Source: Haplodiscus bocki
Taxonomy: Eukaryota
Assembly (NCBI GenBank): GCA_965655095.1
Contig: OZ296650.1
Span: forward strand, 133,920,001-133,984,000
Direction of reading: 5' to 3'
Length of the DNA stretch: 64,000 bases
The position numbers and the translations under genes were made by a program. The notes under the pieces were generated by a model. That model saw only the letters and a list, made by a program, of their open reading frames with translations, was not told where the DNA came from and ran no database searches. This document shows, piece after piece, positions 12,125-25,257 of the stretch; the stretch's first letter is position 1; each line of letters starts with the position of its first letter.

Positions 12125-13173
12125 ACCGGTGAAAATCACCAGGTGGCGGTCACTGGATATACACCTCTGAAAAAGGAAAAAAAAACTACTAGTCTTTTCC
12201 TCGAACACAGTATTGATTTTTGCAAACGCATGTTTTATACATTGAAATTGAGCCGTTGAAATCTTCGTTGATATCAAAAAGACATCGATGATGAAACTTG
12301 CGAACGCTTTGGCCCCGTTGTTTCTCCGTGCCGCTTCGCTAATCTACGAAACAACGGGGCCGGGCAATTAACAATTTGACTTTTGAGATTTTCCCCCTCA
12401 ATTTTAGACCAAATTAAATATTACTTTTTTCCCAGAAAAACTTCAAAACTTCAACCAACGAAAGATGCTAAACTTCAAAAGGCTGCACATTAAGACAATT
12501 CTGAAGGACAACTGGCGGAATAAATGCCAGATTTGAATTCTTGAATTAAAACTGGGTTTTTGTAAATTTTCATTTTTTTTCTGAATTTTTCGTCATAACC
12601 GTCATTTTTTTCGGCATACTGGCCGAAAATTTTTTATCGTCGAAAAACTATCTTTCAAATTATGGGGTCAATTTCATACTGGGGCCACTCCAAAGCGCAA
12701 ACTAGGTAATTCAAAGTTGGAGCTATGACGAAATGATCAAATTTTGGCATTTTTTTCCAAATTTGATGTGTCATATCTCCACACTTATGACGAATTGGTA
12801 GAAAAATTTTACATGTGTGTAGCTCTTTGTTATTCTGCTTCACACGAAAAGTTTCGGCCAAATGCATGTGGTTAATTGCAGGGCTGTTGGTTAAAAACTG
12901 CAAAAAATGGCCAAAAAACAGAATCATTCCGTCATAATTCCCCAACCAGTTTTGCTAGAATGATCTAACTTGCACCATTGTTCATAGAATTGTAAACTAT
13001 GCCTGCATGCAAAGTCTCGTCAAAATCGTATGGGTGGGAGCTGAGATCGCAAATTCCCTATACCGTATGTTCGTATTTGTTATTTCTTATATTTTAACGC
13101 GAGGCAAAGGGGCCCCTCCCCCGCCTCGCCAGGACGTATGACGGGCGCAATCCCTTGACCACCCAGTGGAGGC
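12125..13173. mobile_element. Non-autonomous mini-element S3 (1049 bp)
   Basis: The 5' half is nearly identical to S1 and the unit ends in the terminal module plus 18-mer. Confidence 0.85.
13156..13173. other. 18-bp junction core 4 (S3|A2)
   Basis: Exact TGACCACCCAGTGGAGGC. Confidence 0.95.
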
Positions 13174-16100
13174 GACGGTGAAAATTACCAGAAGGCGGGA
13201 TTTTTTGCATCCAATTTTTTTTGCTGCATCATTTCTGGTGATTGGTTCTTTTTTCTAAAGGGTTGTTTTTATAAAAGGAAACTGTTGTTTTTTTATTTAC
13301 GATACCTTACTCCAGGCTGAAGAATAGCTCACACGACGCGGTAAAACTGATACATGGATACATGGACAGTTTGTCTCACACCGTAAGATTGCGTTTTTTC
13401 CGCAAAACGTATAGTTTTGTAGACTTTTTAAAAGTTGACAACAGCAGCAATGAAGGATGGCAAACATACTTTCTGGTCGATTTTTACACAAACTCAGGTC
13501 AAAACGGCGCTAATGTAACAAATTTTTAAAGTTGTCAGCTGCAGAAATAATATTTAACTTCACCCATTTACCCGTGACCGACTTACATAACAATGAACGT
13601 TTTCATTGGATAACCTTCCCATTTGTTTAATCCGGAATTTTTCAAAGAAATCATTGGCTTGCAGAATGGGTGATGTACCTGAAGCATTTCTTGGTGGTCC
13701 AACATACCGTTTTTTGTTCTTCAGAGAAACTATATTGGTGTTGCGGGCTCGTCCACGTCATTTGGCCTTTTTCATACATGAAAAAGTACAGTTAGGTGTT
13801 CTGTACCAGAGAAATTCATGAACAAAAAGTTCCGCGCCAAAACATTTCATCCATTATGTAACTATTTTATTCATGCACCGTTCAAAACGCATTAAATACG
13901 TTTAATGCGTCCAGAAGCAGAACAAAAGGATTAATGGTAACTAGCCATTTTCATCATTGACTTGAGACACTTGTCTCCATTGTCTCCATCAAGTCATCGT
14001 CAGCCATAGATTATGACAAGTTAAAGGCCACTTTGATGACGTATCAGTGCTGATAGTAGACTAAATGTGTGTCTTTCTTTTGTCAAGTGGTGAAATTCGT
14101 GCTTTGATTTTCCTGATTTTCAGCTTTTACCAACAATAAACGTGGTTAGTGAAAGGAATCGAAACAGTTTCTGAAGGTAACATGCTCAGTTAAAACGATG
14201 CTTCTTTACTATTGATGTCTTTCAAGAGTGGTTTCGATTTTAATAATTTTTTTCTTCTACAGACCGAACCAGAACTGTCGCGTTCCACAAACGTTTTTGC
14301 GTGAGGTTCTTGGAAGAGGCTATTCGGTCGGTTCCGACGCATACATAACGGAGTTTTACACTTATTCCAAAATAACTTTTGAATTTTGTGTAAAAAATTA
14401 CTTGTTGTCAGATAAAATGATCAGCGAACGAGCATGTTATGGATACGTTTTATTCTTGTGAAGTTTTGTCGAGGTTTCTTTTTGGATATTGCGTTTTTAT
14501 ATCAAATCGTAAATTGTTTCACGTGAACTCGGCATCGCCAATTTCCAATCCCGCATTTGAACCCTTTCATGTAGATACCTTTTCGTATGTGATAGAAACG
14601 TATGAACTGTTCATCCTGTAATTCCTGACTCACTGAAGTCTCAACTGATTTTGGTGAACAATTTTTGGCTTGTGTCGATAAATTCGGCGCATTAACTTTG
14701 GTAAATTACTTTGCTAACGTTTTCCTGGGAGAAGAGTGCTGTGTAACGCTTGTCAGAATCGCTGGCTGACTACTAATACTTTTCAATAATTTCTAAAACT
14801 AAAAGGGGGACTACGCTGTTATCATCGTACATGAAATGTTGAAATAGTTAATGGCGCATTGGAGACGTGGGAAATTGAAAAGTAAACAAAATAATCGTTA
14901 CTTTTAATGTATCCCCTTGGTTGCCAACGTTGACTGGCATTAGAGGAACAATTTCTACAGGTTCAACAAAGTTGAGCATATTATTGGTTTTGCTTAGGAG
15001 GAGAACTTGCTTTCATTTACTTTTTAACCGCCTGCGGCCTAAACACCGGTCACGTAACATTTAGTGTTCGCCATTCGTTAGCTGGTGAGTTTGGTGTCAG
15101 TCATGCGGTAAACTGAAAACAAGGGATAATTTCTTAGACAAACAGACCGTTTCCGCTGTCAGTGCGGGAATGAAAGATTACGTAACGTTCTTGTTTCACG
15201 CTTTTCAAATAAGGGTTTTATCTCTTTTCAACTGAGCAGTAAAACGCTGTAACATGATATCCTACTTTGTTCAACAGTTCAATGTCAGTTTAATTTAAGC
15301 TAATTTTTCATGTTCATTGCTTTAGATATATTTGCTGTTCTTATCGCCAACTACAGGACGGTTAAGTTTCCAGCAGTAAAAAGCAAGCTTCAGATTGATT
15401 GCCATTGTAGTCAGCTTGAAGTAAAGGCAGATAATTGTGTAGTCTGTGTCATTATAGGAAAATTCTTCATGATTTTCGGGTGCTCATTAAAAATAACGTT
15501 CGAATATATGAAAGGCAGATTAAACTTGAGTATTTTTTTGTTTTTGGTTGTGCTGTGCTGGCAGGGAAGAAAATGATGCAATTTTGCGTGTATCTGCAAA
15601 AGTTTAATTTCGTTTTTGTTTGTGTTTGCCAATTGTCACCATATTGAGTAAATTAATGACAAAAAGTGTGTTTCTCGTGCAGTTGTGTGAATGGTCTCTG
15701 TTTCATTCCACGTCAAAAGGGGGAAGTAATTGGCTGGTACCAATTATCGCAAGTGAAAGTTTTTGGGGAATTTTGACATACGCCTCCTTCCTGTAGGAGT
15801 TTGCTGGTTTTTGTTGCAGACCAAAACTTGCGACCTGAAGCCAAAGATTTTATATCGGCTTCTCTTTCTTGAAGGGTTAATTTGGAAAGTAGTTTATTGC
15901 TTCTTGTAAATGTTTAGAGACTTTCATTGTGTTTTCTATGTGCTTTGCCTGTAGGACTTTTGCTATTTGATGTCGGCACGAGTGAAGCACTATATGTAAA
16001 AGGCATCTTCCCAAAGCCTTGGTTTCGCTCAGAGGCCTTCGCAAAACCAAGGCGCTTCTGTTTTTCATTATTCAATTCGCAATGGAAACTGTAACCGTTA

Positions 16101-16338
16101 TGGAAACAGTCCTTTCCTAAAAACTTCAAAAAGGTTTGAAATGCGGAAAGGAATAAATATCACAGTCTGTATGTCGAATTTATAGCAGCCTCTGGAGCTC
16201 TATTTGTCGCAAATGGGTCCTTGGCGGCTTCAATTATCTGGGGTCTGTAATTTTTTTTGTGTTTCAAATAGGTATGGTAAATTTTGACATGCTGCTTCCC
16301 TTTTTTGTGCAATCAAACCTGCAACCAAAAAGCAAAAC

Positions 16339-19300
16339 ATGAAGCGTCGCCGTTGTACTTCTTGTGGACAATTTGCTGTTGCAAGCCATGTTTGCCTGAA
16401 GGACATTGATCGAGAACTGCAATCTGATGAGCCGCTGGGCATCTTATACAAAATTCCCGACATTTCAATCTCCGTTTCACCAGTTGCACGAAGTGAAACT
16501 CTGAACTGTCTCTCAACTTTAGGTCTAACTGATTTTTTAGTCTCTCTAGACGTTTCGATCGCAAATGACAGTATCATTTATAATTTGCGTCCGGCGCGTG
16601 TAACTGCGATTCTTGGCGATGGTAATTGCCTTTTCTCATCCTTAGCAGTTGCTCTCGGTTTGTCACAGGATTGTAGTTCAATTCTACGGAATATAATTGT
16701 TAGCAACATGATGTTCATCAACTTCCCTCCAAACAGCTTACAAACCACAATTTACTCCGCTGATTTTCCAAACCAATACCGTGTTTTGCTTTGTACTTCG
16801 ATTCAAGAGTACCTCAGTTTGTCGAAAATGGAAGAAAATGGAGTCTTCGGAACATGCGTTGAAATATACGCGTTTTGTCAGATTTTCCAAATGGACGTAT
16901 ATTTGTATCATGTTCCTCTGAAATCCTGGTTGGTTTATGAATGCTCTCTGAGCACGAATCGTCGTGGAATTTTCATTCAGCAAACCTGGAATGCAAATCA
17001 CTTTGAAGTAATCAGTGAGTTGGTTTCAGTCGCAAATGAAGAAAACGCTGCAGGTTCACAAAGAATTTCCTGTCTTAGTTCCAACGCAATGCATTTCTCT
17101 TCGTCAGTTTTGGGAGAGGATATTGAATCTTTCAGGTACCCAGAAAACACAACAGGGGTCCCACCAGCGAAAAAAGCAAAACACACTGCGGATCCATCCA
17201 CCTCGAAGACATGCCTTGAAACTCACGTCACACACATTCCAAGTCAGAACTCCTGTAACGCAAAGTCAGATCAAAATTTTCCGATGCTACCGTTGTCAGA
17301 AAACGCTACCAAATCTGTTCTGAGCAGAGAAATACCCAAAATCGAGGATCTGTACACTAACACTGCTACGGTTTCACACAGTGATGCAACAATTGAACAA
17401 ACGACAGATGGTAATTCTAAGTCTGCTGACGGAGAGTTTTGCGGCAAATGCTTGCGACAATCCACGCTGCAATATCCGTTAAAGCTTACTAAGACAGAAA
17501 AGTCAGATTTTATAAACAGAATGTTTGGTAACCGAATCAAGGACGCTTTTCCCATATTATGCAATCAATGTCTACTTTACTGTACTTCCGAACGCATCGA
17601 GTGGAGTCACGCATAGCCATCTGTTTTTTTCACGCTTTTGAGTGATGAAAAAATGCCCAAGGAGCAGCAGTTGAATGTTTTAACGTTGTTATCTTGGGAA
17701 CTGAGACAGCAATGGATGGGATGCTTGGAAAAATTTACTCCATGAGTCCAACAGTTTCTCAATGGGAAACAAATCAATGGGAAATGTGTCGTTGACGGAA
17801 CCGCTCGTTTGCATTATTTCCAGAAACTGATCAAAACTCTTCAACAAGAACAAATAGCAGTAGCTTTGGATAAAGAACCTTACCCGAACGTTCGGTGCCC
17901 ATTTGGTTGCTGGTGTTTCATTGAAGAATCCGGTTTAATCAATGCTAAACACTTTTTGAATCTATTCGACCCAGCTTTTACGTCTTTTGGAGCTTCTAGT
18001 CATTTGCATCTTAGAGGAATTAGGTCAGATTTCTTGGTTCCAACGTCATCGTTGCGGAAGTTTTTAATTGCAACAACTGTGCGTGTAGACAAAGTAGAAG
18101 GATTGGTTGTTCACGCTTGCCTTATGCACTCAAAGGGGTCGTCTGTGCAATACCTTCATCCTCCATCACATCCTGTCCTGTCAAGAACTGCGTTAATTCA
18201 CGATGAGCGTTTGAGTATGGTGGCACCAACAATTTCGTGGATAACAAATATTAAAGCAAATTTCGCCAGTCATACCTACCAGTTATTGAAAAGTGTTGGT
18301 TCTTATAGTGGAATGAGTACAGTTCAGTTGCGGCGGCGAACGCGTTGGGACATCACCAGCGATATCTTGTACCACGCTGAAGGCCTCGCGTGCCGTTTTC
18401 GGGAAGATGTTAAAACGAAGATTTGTGAATGGGTGAAAGAAGGTAAAATCGTTGAAGATGTAGCTTTGGGGATTCTTGACTATCCTGCACAGATTGAAAA
18501 CATATCAGAGTGTTTGTTGCCTGCCCTTTCTACAGATTTGGAGACTTGTGTAGAAATAGCTAAAGTTCTAGATAAAAATGATAAAGACTATTTAAACAAC
18601 GTGGAAGCTTTGAGTTGTTATTCCTTCGCCCACGGAACCGGCGAGTATGGTTGTTCGCCCCCTCCTCTGAATTGTAAAGGCAGCAATGTTTTTTGGCTTG
18701 TACAAGCTGCACTGTGTCTGTCACCGTTGATGTGTCGTTCTTTAGTAACATCAGATAAGTATTCTGTGACCTTGAGGCCTTTGATATCTTCGCTGAGGAA
18801 TGTTTTTATTACCTCAAAGGCAATGAAGAAAGCCAGCAATACGCTACTTCTACGGCGCTCGGAAGAAGCAATAAACACCTTGCTAGAGAAAAACCGAACT
18901 GAAGAGCAGTTAAAAGGTGTGAAGTACTGTTGTTGCCATCTCGCCGCACAGTTTTTGGCAACCGTGTCAGAGAATTTTTGCCACATCCCCTTAACGAATC
19001 GAAAAAATATAACTTGTTATACAAATCTGCAACTTCCCGTTGAAACAACTCACGCTATATTCACCACCAACTCCCCCAATAATTTGCGGAGCAAAAGCGA
19101 ACCTCCGCTAAAGTTGGTTATCAGCGATATCGGCTATGAACTGATTGCAGTCGGAGCAAAGGATGGAGGCCCGGCCGCCGAGCCAAGGTTGATGGTTCGA
19201 CATGGAGGTGACTTCCAGAAGTTCTGGCTTTTGGAGAAAAACTGCAGATACGCTAAGAAGATGACAGAGTCTAGAACTGAGGCTTTGAGTTCAGGTCTTC

Positions 19301-22300
19301 GTGGATATTGGACAATAGCAATTTATGAGAAATCAAGAAATCTTGAATTAGCTGATTTGAAATGGAAATTGCTGAGCACTTTGACTGGTCAGGGCGTCTT
19401 CATCTGTGAGTCTCATGACGTTCCTTTGACAAGAGACTTCAGAAAGAGCAGTTTTCGTTGTAGATGCACCCGTGCTTCTTTTTTCCGTTGCCCTTATTCC
19501 CAATGTAACAGTTGCGTATGCAAGCGTCACTTCAACGAAGGTCTACAGAATCCGAATAGACGTGTTCTTGTTGATCCAATGCCGATGTCGGAAAAGAGGG
19601 CAAATACGCATTTCTCTCCTGTTAATTCAGAGTCGTCTAGCTTGCGAGTTGTATCCGAAACATCATCTATTGTAGAGTCTATCGAATCAAGCGAGCCTGA
19701 TGCAGCAGCAATTGCCTTTGGTATGGTGTCCAACAACAATTTGTCTGTTGTTGGGGATTTTTCTTTGGAAGTTGACAACCATGAACCTCTTGAAGAAAGC
19801 ATAAATGTATTGGCTAGTCTCCAAACTTGCCCTGATAAAAAAGCTCTTTTCATTGATCCACATCGAAATGAAGACCTTTTCAAACTGCCACTTCACATTC
19901 TGCTCAATTCTCAATGCAACCTTTTGTACCGGCATAAAGGGAGTCCAATCAGTTTGTCGCTGAAAGAAAAACGTTTTTTAGAAAACATTGCAGCAACTTC
20001 CACGACAGCGCTGCCTCTAATTCAACCAGAAGCTCTTTTGTTTCCATCAATTTTCTGGTGTCAAGCTAACAACGGTAGTTTTCATGGAGCAATACCAGCC
20101 GCGCTTTACAACAACTCCAAGTACAACAGACAACTGGGTTTTGCTGGTTTGGAAGACATGCTTCGTACGAGAATCAAAGATGGTTCGCTGTTGACATCAT
20201 GCAATCCAACTTATTTGCAGTATGTGTTTGACAGCCTTTTGAACATGCAGCTTCACAAAACTGATGTTAGATTGGTTTTAAATCGGGGATGGCAGGAAGT
20301 GAGTTCCGGCCCTACAAATTGTTCATTTGTTTCAACGCAAACATTCAAGTTTGACTGTGCGGAAAGTCGTAAAAATGTCTGTGAACTCGCAGCTTTAATT
20401 CGAGATAAAAATCCAACGTACTTTTTGACATATACTTGCAGCCAGTCGACCCATCCTGGCGTTAGAAAAATTTTTCAGGCACTCTATGAAATGTACCCAC
20501 CAGAAACTACAAAAAAAGAACTGCTCTCTGCGGCCATTCAAGCAGAATTGATGCCGATGCTCAGGTGTTGGTATAGAGCTTCACAATACGTAATGGAGTG
20601 GGTGAAAAAATCTCCAGAAAGACCACTGGGACCGGTATCCCACATTTGGATGCGGTATGAATGGCAGGAGGAGACAGCTGGGTTCCCTCATTTGCATGTG
20701 ATACTTTGTACTCCAGAAGACAAGTTTTCTAATGAGGTGAGATCTCGAGTTTGCTGTTCAAAAGAAACATTTTTGGGTGCATTAGAAAGCAGTTGCCCTC
20801 AATTAACGAAAGACGAAAGGTTGCATCTCGGTGAGTTATTTCAAAAGTATCAAATTCATAACTGTACCAAAGGGCGTCAGCGATGCCATAAAAAAACAGA
20901 TCGTCTCAATCAGCCAATTTGTCGTGTGCCAAGATATCCACCATCGAATGCATTTTCGTTCAAAAAAGTTCCCATTAACTTCTCTTCTGAAACAATGGAC
21001 TTGTTACAAGCCATGGACTTAGCAGACATTGACGTTAACACGTTGTTGCCGAAGGTCAAAGACCCTCTAATTGCCGGGAAGCATCACTATCCGACTGTGT
21101 CTAACGAGCATTTCTCGCCAACCAATGCAGCTTTGTTTGCACTGACTCAATCAAGCACTAACGTTCAAATTTGCGACGATTACACGGCACCCCGTTACGT
21201 TGCGAAGTATGCAGCGGGCATTGAATCTCGAGCAGCAGCCACAATTGTTGCAGGTCAGACAGAGAACAGTGTAAAGGTTCTGACAGAACCGATAGAACAT
21301 GAGAAGATAGCAGGTGTTCGAGCTTGTTTGAAAAATTTGCGTCAGGAAGAGAAACGACAATCAGTAAAAGGTCGCATTGTCAGTATTACTGAATGTCTTT
21401 GGTGGTGCTTACAACTTCCTTACGTCTGCACAAATGTTGACTTTGTACATGTGCCTACAGTTCCCAAAGAATATCGTTCAGGAATTGTAATTGAGAAACG
21501 TTTTCACAAGTCTCCGAATTTCAGCGCCACTTTCACTGATGGAATCCGTGTGCGAAAAGAATTATTGGAACTCCCAAAACTTCGACAATTTACAAAAAGT
21601 CAAACCCTCCTCCTTGCAGATGTTGAAAACAGTTTCATTTCTCCTGACAAGGTAACTGTTTTTGGACTGAGGCCGCCGGAACTTTTATTCGTATCGCAGT
21701 TAAAAGACTATTACAGCTGGTTTGTGCGCTGGAAACCCAGAAGAACAAACTGCCTTAGCAATCACGAGAAGTTCTTGAAAAAAGGTTTACGTAAAAGCTG
21801 CTGGGTTGATGCACTTGGATATTTGGTTAAACTGCGCCCATCTGCTGTTAACTCTTTCGTAAGTCTCTGTCAAGAAAAGTTTGGTGAAGAACGGAATCAG
21901 ATCTTGAAACGCGAAATGAGGAAACACATTGTTCCCATTCTTGAAAACAAGAACAGTTCTCAGTTCGTTGCTCATTGGAAAAACTTGTCAGAAGAAGAGG
22001 CCGTTGTTGTTTTCAGCAACAGTCTACCGAATAACCCAACAAAGTTTTTACTTCATCTGTTACTGACCGTCGGGAAACTTGACACTGAGTTGGACATCTT
22101 GAACGTCCAAACTTTCAAAGAAGCTTTCATAAAAGCGGGTATTTTGCTAAACTCAACCGTAACTGATGGCGAAGTGAAAGAAATAGCTAAGAAGTATTTG
22201 CTGGAACAGCTTCGCTTCACTCCAGGGTCATCTAAATTGATTGACACTTACTTGGTAATGGCCCATAGTGTCATATCGGAGGCACTGTTGATAAACAATC

Positions 22301-24408
22301 TCTTTTTTGCTGCTGCTTTACCACCTGTTCTCGACAAAAGCGTCCTGGAGGAATGCGAAGAAACAGTCACAATTCAACTGGCTATGGAAAAGTGTAAAAT
22401 GATAGCTTTCCTTCAGACATGTCAGACTGAATTACCTGCAGAGCAAACGATGATCGACGCCACTTTCAATACTCCAGTGCCTTGGAAGCCACTTTTACAG
22501 AAGAGCCCGGATCAAAGTAAAAACTCATATTTAGAGCAACGTCAAGTTTTGGACGAACTCATTAATTCAATAGACATGTATAAACGAGGACATTGCACTT
22601 TCATAAGACATCAGATTGTTTTCGGTCCACCAGGAAGCGGCAAAACTTTTGTGATGCTGAAATCTCTTGCTTACGCCTTATGTCAAGGATAGCATTGTGT
22701 GGTGACATCCATAGCAGCTGAAAGATCTGCTGCTTTAGCTGGAAAACATCTGAATGCTTTGATACCATTTCCAGTTGAAAAATGTTGCTCTGCAGAATCA
22801 CTTTCGAAGAAGGCTCTGTCCAATTTACAACGATCTCCTATCAAAAGCCGAGTTTTACAGCACTTAGACGTAATTTTCGTTGAAGAACTTTCGATGATAT
22901 CTAGCGAGCTTTGGGCAGCGACAGATCATGTTTTGCAAGTTGTCACAGCAAATTATGTTCCTTTCGGCGGAAAACTCGTTGTCGCAACTGGTGACTTCTT
23001 TCAACTTCCTCCGCCCTCTGGATCTTACTTGATGAGTTCCTCTTTTCCTTTAACAACCTTTGCTTTCCACAATTTGAAAAATTTTGTCCGAATGCGGAAC
23101 AAGAACGGCCAGGAACTGTTATCATTGTTATCAGCAACGCCTAAAACAGATGCCAATGCAGAAAAAATTTGGAAAATTATGGAGAAAGATTGCACTTTTG
23201 TACAATCGTGGAACGACGTGCCGAACGATAGAATTCGAATTTTTGCTACTAGACAAGCGGAACGGAAAGCAACCGAGAATAAAATCACTGAAGTTAAATG
23301 CAGCAGAGCACAATACTTTGAAAGTGCGTCCATCGACGAAATGTGCGTTTCGAGCACCGACAACTGGAGTGAGGCGTCTGCAACAGCGTCGAAGTTCCTG
23401 AACAAAAAGTGCCTTGAGCCCCAATCACTTTTTCTATACCCCGGTGCTATTATGCGATTAACTGTCAACAAACCATCCTTATCAGCATATCAAGGTCAAT
23501 TTTGCGTCCTCCTGACTTTGGATACCATTGAAAATGGTACCCTAACAGTTGCTCTTGCTCCAGCTGGTTGCAGAAATATCCCGCCACTCTCTGTGATCAG
23601 AAACAGTTGGAGGTGTGTTGTTATTGGCAAGGAAACTGGTGTAGCCTTCCGATTAAACCATAAAACAGTGTGCAGGAGGATACAGTATCCGTTAAAGCTT
23701 TTTGTTGCGTCCACCATTCACAAGACCATGGGCGAAACTCTGCCGATGGTGGCGACGCAAATAGTGGGGTCACGAGATTTTGCTTTGTGGCTTCCTGAGC
23801 AGTTGTATGTGGTTATGAGCAGGGTACGGAGTTTGAACCATGTCACTTTTGTGGGCACGAAGGAGGAGAATAGAAGAGCAGTTTTAGACTTAGTCCGCAA
23901 AAAATCACAGTGGGCTGAGCTGACTAATGAAAATCTGACAAAAAGTTCTGCGCGCGATCCCACAGTTTATCATGCCAAAGCATCGCCTTTTCCGCCATCA
24001 ACTCGTGACCTACCTACCCAAAACTTGGGTTTCTGTTACTTGCTGCAGAGTGTCCCACAAAGTCAGCTGTTGTACATTGGCTCCACTATGTCCTTGGTGC
24101 GTCGTCTGAGGGAACACAATTCTGGGTTAGGTTCTAAGTTCACAAAAATTACAAATCGGTTGCCCTGGAAAGTTTGTGCCTATGTAACTGGGTTCAATTT
24201 AACCAATGCGTCTCATAGAGTCCGCGTATTTGAGAAAGAATGGCTGGATGCAGCATCGAACTACGTTAATCTCAAAAAGAAAAATGTATCACTCTTCACA
24301 GCCATCAATTTAGGTGAAGACATCGCAAAAACTTGGCCGCACAAAGAAGACGGTTTGAAACTTATTGTATGTAGTGGTGAACCCACTGCCTGTTTAAAGC
24401 CATGGTGA
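16339..24408 (+). pseudogene. OTU-Rep-helicase-GIY-YIG polyprotein, family A (~2690 codons), three in-frame stops
   Basis: ORFs 16339-17616, 17809-22692 and 22699-24408 share one frame, with stops at 17614-17616, 17743-17745 and 22690-22692. Motifs: OTU GDGNCLFSSL...NHFE, HUH YEWQEETAGFPHLH, YVAKY, Walker A GPPGSGKT, GIY-YIG. Confidence 0.9.
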
Positions 24409-25257
24409 TCGCAATATCCATTCTGACAAAACTGTTGAAACCATTTTCTGTTATGCACAATGTTTCTGCGTACGCGTTGGATCCCAACTGCTTCGACTGC
24501 ATAGTGAAGCGTTGACAGAGTTCTCTTCCAATCTTTTGTATATATTTGCATCGACTGCACAGTGTTGCGAATTTCAGCATAGGACTACTGACGAAAAATT
24601 TTCGGCTCGACTGACTGCTACGGCTGTAGATTGTCGCATTTTGAAATGTCAGCTGGTATTGCCCCTTCTGTGCCCTCGATAATATGCACCAGATGAACAG
24701 TTTAGAATTTTTGTTCCTGTAGTTAGTTCAGCATTTTTGATTAGTTGAATTTTCTTGCTTTGTGTAGCTTTGAGTACGTATTAAACTTCAGTTGTGGAAC
24801 ATCTGCAATGAAAATATATTTTATTAACCTTAACTTTCTACAAGTTCTGTGGACGGAAAAAACCGATTTAATAACGGTGTATTCGAATGCATTGCTCACC
24901 TTTTTTTCTATGGCCTTAAATGTTACTGATCGACAAAGCGTGATGCGTTGAACCGTAAGATGACTGTAATTGTAACATGACATTTTTATAATTGAACTTA
25001 ATGATGAAGAAGTCTTGAGAACTCTGAATAATTGATGAATTGTCATGCTTTTTTTTGAAAAACAGGTTGCTTTACTTGAAGCAGTAGCGCTATTTCATTG
25101 TATTAATTGCTTGAAACCGAAAATACTTGCCTGTTGACTGTAAGGAACCTTAACGGAAATTGCGTTCACAGAATCTTTAAAAAAAGTAAAAAGCATGGTT
25201 TTGAATACTCCAATTGTTCAGTTCTCAGGCAGCTTCAACCACTTTTGATTTCAGACT

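Noticed and set aside
9503-12945. ORFs 9503-9814, 11359-11844 and 12655-12945 (also 27338-27700) in the terminal module
   Set aside because: Strand, frame and length differ between module copies, so they are by-products of repeated non-coding DNA.
10024-13173. CRISPR-like array (identical 18-bp repeats at regular spacing)
   Set aside because: The spacers are ~1 kb and homologous to each other, there are no cas genes, and the repeat marks element junctions.
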